DNA from: Thermoplasmata archaeon
Lineage (GTDB): Archaea; Thermoplasmatota; Thermoplasmata; RBG-16-68-12; JAJISG01
Direction of reading: 5' to 3'
DNA: 64,000 bases
Assembly (NCBI GenBank): GCA_046759185.1
Contig: JBHIBO010000006.1
Span: forward strand, 992-64,991
How positions within the stretch are numbered: the first letter of the stretch is position 1; the number at the start of each line of letters is the position of its first letter. Below the pieces are notes generated by a model, which had not been told where the DNA came from, did no database searches, and saw nothing but the letters and a program-made list of their open reading frames with translations. The position numbers and the translations under genes are program-made. Of the stretch, positions 42,959 to 52,389 are shown one piece after another.

Positions 42959-45900
42959 TTGTTTCTCAAGGAAATCGAGCTGGAGAACTTCAAGTCCTTT
43001 GGCCGACGCCTCCGGCTGCCCATCCTGTCGGGCTATACCGCCATCACCGGACCGAACGGGAGCGGGAAGAGCAACATTAGCGACGCCGTCATCTTCGTCC
43101 TCGGTCCCAAGAGCTCCCGGGTCATCCGAGCGGGACGACTCACCGATCTCATCTACGACGGCGGAAAGGGGGGCAAGCCGGCGGCGTACTGCCGGGTCTC
43201 CCTGGTCTTCGAGAACGCCGACCGCGCCATTCCCATCGAGGCCGACGAGGTCCGGTTAACCCGGTACGTCGGCCGCTCCCCTAGCGTGAGGAACGGCTAC
43301 AACTCCTACTTCTACGTGAACGGCCGGAAAGCGACCCTCGCCGACTTCGATGACCTCCTGGCAGACGCCAGGATCTCGGCCGAGGGCTACAACATCGTCC
43401 AGCAGGGAGACGTCCAAGGCATCGTGGACATGACCCCAGTCGAGAGGCGCAGGCTCCTCGAGGACATCGCTGGAATCTCCCGTTTCGATGAGGACATTCA
43501 GCGGGCTGAGCGGAAAAGGCAGGGGGTCGAGGAGGACCTCGGAGCCATCGAGATCATTCTCAAGGAGATCCGTCGCCAGCTCCACCAACTCGAGCGGGAC
43601 CGTGAGGGGGCTCTCCGTTACCGGGAATTGCAGGAAGGGCTGGAGATGGCCCGCGGCCAGAAGGCCCACAAGGAGATTCAGCTGCTCCAGGGGCAGCTCG
43701 CCTCGGCCGGCGAACAAGTCCAGCGGTACGAGATCGAGCGTGAGGAGTGGAGGACGGAGTTGGGCCGCCTTCGGGAGGACCTCGGCGAGGCGGAGAAGCG
43801 GCTCCAGGCTCTGGAGGAGCGGCTCGCCGAGGAGGGTGGGGAAGAGTTTCAATCCCTCCGGACGAAGCTGGATGACCTTCGCATCGAGCGAGCCCGCGCC
43901 CAGGACGCCAAAGAGAGGGCGAAAGAACGACGGAAGGAATTGCGGGCCGAGACGTCCCGTCTCAGGCGAGACGTGAAAAAGGTGGTCGGTGAGCTGGAAA
44001 CCCTCGAGACCCGGGAGCGGGAATCGCAGGAAGAACTCCAGAGACTTGCCCAGGCCATCGAGTCCAAGGAGACACAGATCACCGAAGTGGAGGCGGGGGC
44101 TTCGAAGGCCGATGCACGGGTCCTGAAGCTTCAGAAGGCCGCCGTGGCCCTTGATCTGGAGATCGACGAGGACGACGCCGTCTGCAAGGGATTGGTCCTG
44201 GAACGGGTGAAGCTCACGCAACAGGGCGAGCAGCTCGAGGAGCAGCTGGCACAGCTCGAGGCAGAGAAGAAGGCTCAAGAACTTGACGTGAAGGATGCCG
44301 AGTGGCAGGCAACCGAATCGATTTCGGGCTCACGGGACCAAGGCAAAGCGAGGCGGAAGCTGAAGAAACGCGCCGAGGACTTGGAGCGCGAACGTGGCAA
44401 CCTGGCCCAGGAGTCGTCCGAGCTGGAGAGTGCGATTCGGACTCTATCGCGCGAGCGAAGTCAACTCCAAGCCGAATCGGAGGCCGCGGAGAACATCCGG
44501 AAGGGATACAACCGAGCCGTCTCCTCGATCCTCCAGGCCCGAGAAGAGGGGAGACTGGAGGGGGTTCACGGCACAGTGGCAGAACTCGGGCGCGTGGAAG
44601 CAAAATTCGAGCGGGCACTTCAGGTGGCGGCCGCAGGCCGACTGCAGGCCATCGTGGTCGAGGACGACGGCGTGGCGGCCCGTGCCATCGAGTACCTCAA
44701 ACGGCGAAAGCACGGGAGGGCTATCTTCCTCCCCCTATCCAAGATGCTACCGGGTCGACCCCGAGGGAAGGCCCTGATGGCAGTGAAGGATACCGTGGGA
44801 TTCGCGCTGGACCTGGTCTCGTTCGATGACAGATACCGGAACGCCTTCTGGTACGTCTTCGGGGACACTGTCGTCGTAGAGAACCTGGACCAGGCTCGTC
44901 GGCGCATGGGCGGTGTCCGTCTCGTCACACTCGATGGGCAACTTGTCGAGGCAAGCGGAGCCATGGTGGGAGGACACCTGGAAGACCCCATCCTTCGGTT
45001 CGGGAGGGGATCGGCGGGAGACCTCGAACGCGTGGTAGGGGAATTGGAGCAGGCCTCCAAGGCTCTGAAGAGGGTCCGAGAGCGTCTGGATGAGGTCGTA
45101 AAGGAACTCGAAGACTCCGAGAGGCGCCTCAAGGAGGCCCGCGAAGCCGAGGAACGCGAGAAGTCGCATTGGGACCTGATTGAGGGCCAGAAAAACCAAC
45201 TGCTGACGCGGGTCGAGGCTACGGACGTCGCCATTGTGGAGAAGACCCAGGTAAGGGACCAGGTCGCCCTCGAGCGCGAAGCCATCCTAACGCGGCTTAA
45301 GGAGGCCGAGATGAAGCTCACTGACGCCCAGGCGCGTCGGAAGGAGGTTCGTGTCGCGTTGGGCGAGGTCACGCCGGAACGTGTCACACAGAAACTCCGG
45401 AAGCTCCAGGGCGAGCGGATGAACCTCCTGGAGCGACGCAACCGATTGGAGTCGGAGCGGGAGACCCTGAGGAGTCAAATCGCCCTCAAAGCAGAGCGTC
45501 GAGACGAGTTCGAGGGGCAAGCCATCCAGGACAAGGAGGAAGCATCGGATCAGGAGAGGCGCTCCCGGGAGAGCGAGGAGGCCCTCGCGAGCCTTCACGA
45601 GGAGATCTTAGCCCTCGAGAAACTCCAATCGAGTACGCTGTCCCAGGCCAAGGAAGTCCAGAACAAACGGGACCACGCCTTCCGGGAGAAGACTCGGATC
45701 GAGGCGGAGATGGCCAAGGCAGAGAGCAAGCTGGAGACCACGGAGGACTTTCTCACGGGCCTGGAAACGCAGATTGCTAGCCTCCAGGCGCAGATCGGAG
45801 AGGCCGAGGACCGGGCCGAGGAGCTCGGCACGCCCGCGGAGCCGCTTCCCTCCATGAAGGAGGTCGACGCGGAGGTAGCCCGGTGCGAGAAGGCCCTCAA

Positions 45901-46552
45901 CGCGATTGGTGCGGTGAACCTACGTGCCCTGGAGGATTACGAGGCCCAGGAGGCCCGCCAGAACGAGCTCAACGAGGAACTGAAGCGGATGCGGAAGGAG
46001 CGGCAGGACCTGCTCCGTCTCGTGGGGGAGTTGGAGACGAAGAAGAGGCAGGGTCTCCTCGAGGTCTTCCACGCTTTGCACGCGAACTTCATCGGCGTCT
46101 ACGCGGAGATTTCTGAGGGGGGCGAGGCGGACTTGCAGCTGGAGGACGAGGAGGACCCCTTTGCGGGCGGCCTCCTCATCAAAGCGCGGCCTCCCGAGAA
46201 ACGGTTTCACCGGCTCGAGGCCCTCTCCGGAGGCGAGAAGAGCCTCGTCTCCATGGCCTTTATCTTCGCCCTCCAACGGCACGATCCCTCCCCTTTCTAC
46301 CTCCTGGATGAGGTCGATCAGAACCTCGACGCGGTCAATGCCGAGAGGGTTGCCAGGATGGTCCGCAGCAACGCCAGCTCGGCCCAGTTCGTCCAGATCT
46401 CCCTTCGGAAGGTGAGCCTAAAGGAGGCCGATCACATCGTGGGGGTCACCATGGGCCCGAAGGGCGTTTCCAAGGTGATCATGCAGGTGAACCTGGACGA
46501 GGTGCTGGAGGAGGAAATCCCGCAGGCCGAGGCCACGGAGGCCGCAGCCTAA
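42959..46552 (+). CDS. smc: Chromosome segregation protein SMC
   Basis: 1197 aa (TTG start). MFLKEIELENFKSF. Walker A GPNGSGKSN. Long coiled coils and a hinge (GVHGTVAELGRV...). Signature LSGGEKSLVSMAF. Walker B LLDEVD. Confidence 0.9.
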   Translation: MFLKEIELENFKSFGRRLRLPILSGYTAITGPNGSGKSNISDAVIFVLGPKSSRVIRAGRLTDLIYDGGKGGKPAAYCRVSLVFENADRAIPIEADEVRLTRYVGRSPSVRNGYNSYFYVNGRKATLADFDDLLADARISAEGYNIVQQGDVQGIVDMTPVERRRLLEDIAGISRFDEDIQRAERKRQGVEEDLGAIEIILKEIRRQLHQLERDREGALRYRELQEGLEMARGQKAHKEIQLLQGQLASAGEQVQRYEIEREEWRTELGRLREDLGEAEKRLQALEERLAEEGGEEFQSLRTKLDDLRIERARAQDAKERAKERRKELRAETSRLRRDVKKVVGELETLETRERESQEELQRLAQAIESKETQITEVEAGASKADARVLKLQKAAVALDLEIDEDDAVCKGLVLERVKLTQQGEQLEEQLAQLEAEKKAQELDVKDAEWQATESISGSRDQGKARRKLKKRAEDLERERGNLAQESSELESAIRTLSRERSQLQAESEAAENIRKGYNRAVSSILQAREEGRLEGVHGTVAELGRVEAKFERALQVAAAGRLQAIVVEDDGVAARAIEYLKRRKHGRAIFLPLSKMLPGRPRGKALMAVKDTVGFALDLVSFDDRYRNAFWYVFGDTVVVENLDQARRRMGGVRLVTLDGQLVEASGAMVGGHLEDPILRFGRGSAGDLERVVGELEQASKALKRVRERLDEVVKELEDSERRLKEAREAEEREKSHWDLIEGQKNQLLTRVEATDVAIVEKTQVRDQVALEREAILTRLKEAEMKLTDAQARRKEVRVALGEVTPERVTQKLRKLQGERMNLLERRNRLESERETLRSQIALKAERRDEFEGQAIQDKEEASDQERRSRESEEALASLHEEILALEKLQSSTLSQAKEVQNKRDHAFREKTRIEAEMAKAESKLETTEDFLTGLETQIASLQAQIGEAEDRAEELGTPAEPLPSMKEVDAEVARCEKALNAIGAVNLRALEDYEAQEARQNELNEELKRMRKERQDLLRLVGELETKKRQGLLEVFHALHANFIGVYAEISEGGEADLQLEDEEDPFAGGLLIKARPPEKRFHRLEALSGGEKSLVSMAFIFALQRHDPSPFYLLDEVDQNLDAVNAERVARMVRSNASSAQFVQISLRKVSLKEADHIVGVTMGPKGVSKVIMQVNLDEVLEEEIPQAEATEAAA

Positions 46553-47433
46553 TGGTCGGACACGAGGAGGTGCTTAGCCACCTGCTCTTCCACCAGGCCT
46601 TGGAGGAGGAGGAGCCGGAGAAAATGGCCGAGTACCTCCAGCTTTTCGAACGGGTTCAGGAGGGACGCGTCGTCCCCACCCAGAACCAGTACGAGGACAG
46701 CGTGGTCGCAGCTCTTGAACTCGTCCTCGAGGACTCCTTCGACCCGTGGGACATCGATCTCGCCCGATTCGCCCGGGCCTACCTGAAACGGTTGCGGGGC
46801 CTTGGGACAATCAACTTCGTCGCCGCAGGTCGTCTGGTGCTCTTGGCCTGGTCCGTTCTCAAGCTGCAATCCGAGATGATTCTGTCAACGGCCGAGACGG
46901 TGAATCCCCCCGCCGACGAGATTGACGAAGCGTGGGACCTCATGCCCGGTTTCTATCAGGCTCCCGAGGAAGTGGACCTGACGTATCAGATTCTGCAGCA
47001 GAAGGAGCCCCCCCTGCGCGAGAGCTTCCATCGGGAGATTCAACGCTCCGTTGGCCTCGTGGATCTCCTGGATGCCTTGGACCAGGCCTTTCGCGAGACC
47101 TCGGGGACTGTCGCCGTCGCTCGTTCGACGCCCTCACCCGCTCCCCTCGAGGCCCTCCGGGGCAAGCTCCATCGCGAGGACCTGGCGGAGGACCTCCAAT
47201 GGGCCTGGGACCTCATTCGAGCGGGGGGAGAGGAGGTGCTAAGCTTGGGCGACCTGAACCATCGCGGCCCGTGGGACCGCGCCACGCTGTTCCTATCCGT
47301 CCTCTTCCTCGCCGAGATGGGTTGGTTGGAGGTGTGGCAGAAGGACCTCCCCCATGGAGAGATCTACCTACGACCGCTTCACGAGGGCGCGGAGGTCGAG
47401 GCCCCGACCCCTTCCCTCCCGGAGGCTGCCTAG
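46552..47433 (+). CDS. scpA: Segregation and condensation protein A (kleisin ScpA)
   Basis: 293 aa. Its ATG overlaps the smc TAA by 1 nt. FDPWDIDLARFARAYLKRL is the kleisin N-terminal motif. Confidence 0.85.
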   Translation: MVGHEEVLSHLLFHQALEEEEPEKMAEYLQLFERVQEGRVVPTQNQYEDSVVAALELVLEDSFDPWDIDLARFARAYLKRLRGLGTINFVAAGRLVLLAWSVLKLQSEMILSTAETVNPPADEIDEAWDLMPGFYQAPEEVDLTYQILQQKEPPLRESFHREIQRSVGLVDLLDALDQAFRETSGTVAVARSTPSPAPLEALRGKLHREDLAEDLQWAWDLIRAGGEEVLSLGDLNHRGPWDRATLFLSVLFLAEMGWLEVWQKDLPHGEIYLRPLHEGAEVEAPTPSLPEAA

Positions 47434-47958
47434 ATGCGGAAACAGGGACTCCTGGAGGCCGTCCTCTTCCTGACCTCGCGGGCCCTGACCGAACGGCAGC
47501 TGGCGGAGGCCACGGGAATGACGGTCTCCACCGTGCGACGCATGCTTACGCTTCTGACAAGGGAGTACCAGGAGCGGGAGAGCGCCATCGAGGTGGCCCG
47601 CCACGGCCGCCGTTGGATCCTGCAGGTCCGAGGGGAATACCAGCGAGAGACCACGGACATGGCCCCGTCGACCTTGCCGCGAGGGGTCCTCCGAACCGCG
47701 GCTCTCATCGCCTACCATCAGCCCGTGAAGCAGAGCCATCTCGCCTCTCTGGTGGGATACCGTGCCTACGACCACGTGCGGCGGTTGCGCGATCGCGGCC
47801 TCATCGCGGTCCGACCCCACGGGAGGACGCTCCTCCTTTCGACCACCGGCAAGTTCCCCGAATTCTTTGGCCTCGAAGCACGAGGGCGGGAGGACATCCG
47901 TCGGCTCATGGCCTCTCGGGTGGGGGAAGAGGGTCGTGCCAGCAGCCTGGCCAGCTGA
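47434..47958 (+). CDS. scpB: Segregation and condensation protein B (ScpB)
   Basis: 174 aa with tandem winged helices (LEAVLFLTSRALTERQLAEATGM ... ALIAYHQPVKQSHLASLVGY). It abuts the scpA stop. Confidence 0.85.
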   Translation: MRKQGLLEAVLFLTSRALTERQLAEATGMTVSTVRRMLTLLTREYQERESAIEVARHGRRWILQVRGEYQRETTDMAPSTLPRGVLRTAALIAYHQPVKQSHLASLVGYRAYDHVRRLRDRGLIAVRPHGRTLLLSTTGKFPEFFGLEARGREDIRRLMASRVGEEGRASSLAS

Positions 47959-47973
47959 TAACGACGGCGCCAC

Positions 47974-47983
47974 GTTTTTATAG
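47974..47983 (+). promoter_or_regulatory. TATA box (TTTTTATAGG) upstream of the giant repeat-protein gene
   Basis: 34 nt upstream of the ATG at 48017. It implies that this gene has its own promoter independent of smc-scpAB. Confidence 0.45.
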
Positions 47984-48016
47984 GCTCATCCACGAGGAAG
48001 TGGAAGCCAGGGGGAC

Positions 48017-51000
48017 TTGGCACACGTACCGCGGGGCGGACACGCATTGAGCGGCTACCTTAGACACATCGAGCTCTCGCGACAGCTCGAGGAGAAGGCC
48101 AAGGAGGCCTCGCAGAATCGCAAGCACGCGGACGAGCGGATCAAGCAGCTCGAAGGGCTGATCAGCGACGCCAAGAAGGTAGACTGTAAGGTCGCCGACT
48201 CCGAGGAGCTTCTTGCCCAGGCCAACAGCGCCATGGCGGCCAAGGATTATAAGCTGGCCCTCGAGAAGACCCAGGAGGGGGAGGACAAGGCCAAAGCGGC
48301 CTTCATCCAAGAGACCAACTCCGTCATCGAGGCCTCGGAGTCCTTCATCGCGCTCCTGCAGCGGGCGGAGGTCGAGAGTAGCGAGTTCGAAGGCCTCCTA
48401 GGGAGCGCCCGCGAGGCCCTGGAGAAGGGGAACTTCCGTGAAGGCGTGGAGACGGCCCGACGCGGTTGGACCAAGCTCGAGAAGACCCTAAACGAGCATC
48501 TCTCCGCTTCTTTCTCCTCCGTCCAGACCCGTGTCCTCGCTGCAAAGGCCATGGAGAAGGACACGGCCATGGCGGAGGATCTTCTCTCCCGCGCTCGGTC
48601 CGCGCTGGAGGGATCCGAGTATGAGGACGCCCTCAGCCACACCGAGGAGGCCCTGGACATCCTGGGGCGCGAGCTCGGCTACGAGCTGGAAAACGAAGAG
48701 AAGGTCGTGCTTGAGCTCCTCCAGGCCGGTCGCGCTCTGAAGGCGGAGGTCGGCAAGGCCGAGGGGTATCTGAAGAAGTCCAAGACGGAACTCGAAGGTG
48801 GGGACTACCAGAAGTCCTTCAACTACCTCAAACAGGCTCGGGTCGAGGCCGAGCGACAACTGCAGAAGGGGTTCGAGTCCGGCAAGGCGAACCTGCAAGA
48901 ACCCATCGAGGAAGCGAAGAAGCTGGGCATCGACGTGACCGAGGCAGAGGCCCTCGGAGAGGAGGCCATGAAGGCCGCCAAGGCGGAGGATTACGGCCGC
49001 GCCTCGGACTTGCTCCGGGAGGGCGTCCAGGGCCTCGAGAACGCTAAGTTTCGCATGGTACTAGAGACGATCTCAGCTTCCCGGCCGAAGTTCCTTCGGG
49101 CCAAGGAGATGAATGTCGACATCGACGCGACCATGGAGATCTTCAACAAGGCCCGGGAGAAGCTCCAGGAAGGCAAGCACACCGACGCCCTGTACTACGC
49201 GGAGAAAGGGAACGAGGAGCTGGACAAGCTCGTGGGGGAACTCGATGCCGCCGCCGAGCGGACCCAGCAGTTGGAGACGGAGATCGCCTCCTTCGCCGAA
49301 CAGGGCCTGGACTTCTCGGGGGTACAGGGACTCCTCAACGAGGCGAAGAAGAAGCTAGCCGAGGGGAACACCAAGGCCTGGGGTGCCGAGCTCGCGAAGG
49401 TGGAGAAGGGCCTCGGGAAGGCGCGGTCCGACCGGTGTCGGGAGATGCTTGAGGAGGTCCAATTCATCGTCACTCTGGGGGAAAAGATCGGCCTGGACCT
49501 GGATGAGGCCACAGCCGGGATTCAGGAATGTTCCCAGCTCCTGAAGTCCAACGAAGTGAACCAGGCCCTCACGGAGGCCACGAAGCTGCAGCAGAAGACG
49601 GAAGCGCGGATTACCTCCCACTTCCGGGCGCAGGTGGAGACTCTGAAGGATGCCCTGCCGGCCACCCCCGCAGCGGGCGAGGTTTCCGAGCTGCTCCTGA
49701 AGGTGGAAACGACCCTGGACGTGCGGGACTACGGCACGGCCGCTCGTCTGGCCGAGGAAGCGGAGGAAAAGGCAGGAGGACTCTCTGAGGCGTATGCCGC
49801 CCTGGCGGTGGAAGGCCTCCAGGCAGCGCAGGCCCTGGCCACAGAGCATGACCTAAAGATCGACGGCCTGCGAGAAACCTACCTGGCGGCGAAGGAGGCC
49901 ATGGAGAAGGGAGAGATGCCCGCTCTCTTCCAGCAGATCGAATCGGTCCGAGGCGTCCTGACCCACCTGACCCAGCGGGCCTTCGACGAGGTCAAGGCCC
50001 GGGTCATCGAGGCCCGGAACGCGGGCATTGACATTGCCAAGGAGAAGGAGTTCCTAAAGGCGGCCAAAGAGGCCATCACGAGTGGCGACCTCTTTCAGGG
50101 CCTGATCGAACTCCGCGATTGTGACATCTCGGCCAAGGCTCACCTGGACGCCTTCCAAAAGGTCCGGGACACCATGGGGGCGGCCGCCGTCCTGGTCGCC
50201 GAGGGGAAGAAGAAGGACATAGACATGACCCGGGCGGTGGAGCTCCTCCTAAAGGGGAAGACCGCCTTCGAGGGGGGCGAAATCGAGCGGGCCTTGGAGA
50301 TTGCCCGGGACGCTCGGGCGGAGGCGGAGAAGGCCATCAGCGTTCTCAATGTCAACGACCGGCTCCAGGCCGCTGAGGAGAGCTTGGCCCTCGCCGAGGC
50401 ACAGGATGTGGATGTAGAGCCCTGGGTCGGCCTCCTAGCCCGATCCAAGCGGGCCTTGGACCACGGGGACTTCCGGGAGGCCGTCGAGCTTGCCATGGAG
50501 GTGGAGGCCCAGACCCGGGCTGGTGTGCTGAACGGCGTAAACGGCCGGGTGGCCCGATCGGAGAGCATGCTGGAGAAGGTTCAGGTTCCCGCCCAGGAGA
50601 TCGGGGGTCTTCAGAAGGCTCTGAAGGACATCAAGGCCCTCCTCGAGGGTGGCGACCTGAAGACCGCTTCCGAACGCTCGGCCGAGGTGCTCTCGCAAAC
50701 AGAGACCATGGCCGAGACATACGAGGAAATCCTCCAGGATCGGAAGGAGGCGGAGACCCTCATTGCGGATCTGCAGGCCCTGAGCATCAAGGTCAGCGGC
50801 CCCGAGAAACTCCTGAACAAGGCCGGGAAGGCCCTGAAGGAAGGGCGGCTTCCCGCCGCCAAGCAGTTTGCGGGGGAGGCCCTGGGCCAGCTAGCCAAGG
50901 ACCGCAGGGAGAGCATCGAGCGCATGATCAAGGGCTTCGAGGCCTCCGCGGCCAAGGCCCAGAAGGAGGGTGTCGCCACGGCCGACGCGGACGCCCTTCT

Positions 51001-52354
51001 GCAGCAGGCTCGGAAGGAGCTTGAGGAAGGCCAGTACCAGCAATCCCTCTCCAGTGCCATGAAGAGCGAGGCGCTCCTGGAGAAGATGGGGCTGCAGCGG
51101 GAGATCGCCCAGAACTCCCTCGAGACGGCCCGGGAGCGCATCCACGCCCTGCCCGCGGAAGTGGACCTCCTCAAGAAGCTCCTCAAGCAGGCGGAGGATG
51201 CCTTCGAGGGCGGCGACTACGTGAAGGCCCTCGAAGTGGCGATCAACGCCAGCGACGAACTCGGCCGGGTCAAGGAAGAGTGGGAGGTCATGCACATCTC
51301 GGAGGAGGTGGCCCTCCGCAACTTCAACGTGGCCGACACTCTGGGGCTGGACTGTTCCCAGCTCTCCCTGATACTGGAGGAAGCCAAGTCCGCCTCCCAG
51401 AACGCCGACATGGAGGGGGCCAAGGAGTCGTACGACCGGATGGCCACGGAGGCCTCCGGGATGGTCTCTACCTACCTCACGGACCTCCACGGCCAGGTGC
51501 GTAACGCCCGGGTCCTGAGTAGCCTCCTCGGCTGCGAGGTCGAGGGCCTGGACGATCGTCTATCGGAAGGCCTTGCCTACCTCGAGGAAGATCAGTTCGT
51601 GAGCGCCCACAATGTCCTCTCTGGTTCCCTGGTGGAGGTCGAGAAGGCCCTCCAGGAGAATGTGGAAGGCGTCATCGGGGAGGCTGAGGCAGCCCTCAAT
51701 CACGCCGGCGAGCTCGGCGCGGACGTCGAGGCAGCAAGGAGCCGGATCGATGAAGCGAAGACAGCCCTGCAACAGAACGGCTACGAGGCGGCCGTCCGTG
51801 CGGCCCAGGAGGCACGGGAGTTCCTGGATTCCCTCGAAGCCTCCGCGAAGCGCTTCATGGAGGCCACTTCCGAGGCCCGTTCTCTCATCACCACGGCAAA
51901 AAAGTTCGGCATCGACGTGGCCGCCGCGGACGCGTCGCTGGAACAGGCCTTGGTCATGCGGGAGGGCAACCCACCAGCCGCCATGCGGTCCGCGGAGCGA
52001 AGCCTCGAGCAGGTCCAGGAGGCCCTCGACGCCTTCACGCCGACCCTCGAGATGGCCCTGAGCGTACCGGGGGCCACCGTGGGCAATGATGTCGAGGCGA
52101 CCCTGAAGATCAAGAACACGAGCAAGGCCCTGGCCAAAGACCTGGAGGTTGCGGTGCTCGGCGACATCGAAGTGAAGGCCTTGGACGCGCCGGCATCGGT
52201 CCGAGCCAACGACGAAGTGTCCCTGTCCTTTACCCTCGTCTTCCCCTCCTCGGGAGAGGTCCCCGTCATGGTCAAGGTGGAGGCCAAACGACTCATCGAC
52301 GACCAGGAATACGATTGGGAGCAGGTCTTTCAGGTTAAGGTGAAGGGGTCCTAA
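48017..52354 (+). CDS. Giant (1445 aa) alpha-helical tandem-repeat protein with a C-terminal beta-sandwich-like domain; function unknown
   Basis: About 20 consecutive ~63-aa units with a recurring pattern (...GID/LDV..A.A....L..A..AL..G.Y..A......EA...). Examples are AKKLGIDVTEAEALGEEAMKAAKAEDYGRASDLLREG; IEARNAGIDIAKEKEFLKAAKEAITSGDLFQGL; AKKFGIDVAAADASLEQALVMREGNPPAAMRSAE. The last ~100 aa switch to a beta-rich composition (LKIKNTSKALAKDLEVAVLGDIEVKAL...VPVMVKVEAK). No TM or signal peptide. Confidence 0.6.
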   Translation: MAHVPRGGHALSGYLRHIELSRQLEEKAKEASQNRKHADERIKQLEGLISDAKKVDCKVADSEELLAQANSAMAAKDYKLALEKTQEGEDKAKAAFIQETNSVIEASESFIALLQRAEVESSEFEGLLGSAREALEKGNFREGVETARRGWTKLEKTLNEHLSASFSSVQTRVLAAKAMEKDTAMAEDLLSRARSALEGSEYEDALSHTEEALDILGRELGYELENEEKVVLELLQAGRALKAEVGKAEGYLKKSKTELEGGDYQKSFNYLKQARVEAERQLQKGFESGKANLQEPIEEAKKLGIDVTEAEALGEEAMKAAKAEDYGRASDLLREGVQGLENAKFRMVLETISASRPKFLRAKEMNVDIDATMEIFNKAREKLQEGKHTDALYYAEKGNEELDKLVGELDAAAERTQQLETEIASFAEQGLDFSGVQGLLNEAKKKLAEGNTKAWGAELAKVEKGLGKARSDRCREMLEEVQFIVTLGEKIGLDLDEATAGIQECSQLLKSNEVNQALTEATKLQQKTEARITSHFRAQVETLKDALPATPAAGEVSELLLKVETTLDVRDYGTAARLAEEAEEKAGGLSEAYAALAVEGLQAAQALATEHDLKIDGLRETYLAAKEAMEKGEMPALFQQIESVRGVLTHLTQRAFDEVKARVIEARNAGIDIAKEKEFLKAAKEAITSGDLFQGLIELRDCDISAKAHLDAFQKVRDTMGAAAVLVAEGKKKDIDMTRAVELLLKGKTAFEGGEIERALEIARDARAEAEKAISVLNVNDRLQAAEESLALAEAQDVDVEPWVGLLARSKRALDHGDFREAVELAMEVEAQTRAGVLNGVNGRVARSESMLEKVQVPAQEIGGLQKALKDIKALLEGGDLKTASERSAEVLSQTETMAETYEEILQDRKEAETLIADLQALSIKVSGPEKLLNKAGKALKEGRLPAAKQFAGEALGQLAKDRRESIERMIKGFEASAAKAQKEGVATADADALLQQARKELEEGQYQQSLSSAMKSEALLEKMGLQREIAQNSLETARERIHALPAEVDLLKKLLKQAEDAFEGGDYVKALEVAINASDELGRVKEEWEVMHISEEVALRNFNVADTLGLDCSQLSLILEEAKSASQNADMEGAKESYDRMATEASGMVSTYLTDLHGQVRNARVLSSLLGCEVEGLDDRLSEGLAYLEEDQFVSAHNVLSGSLVEVEKALQENVEGVIGEAEAALNHAGELGADVEAARSRIDEAKTALQQNGYEAAVRAAQEAREFLDSLEASAKRFMEATSEARSLITTAKKFGIDVAAADASLEQALVMREGNPPAAMRSAERSLEQVQEALDAFTPTLEMALSVPGATVGNDVEATLKIKNTSKALAKDLEVAVLGDIEVKALDAPASVRANDEVSLSFTLVFPSSGEVPVMVKVEAKRLIDDQEYDWEQVFQVKVKGS

Positions 52355-52389
52355 GGCCCCTGACCTCCCGGTGTCCCTACGTGGGCGTC

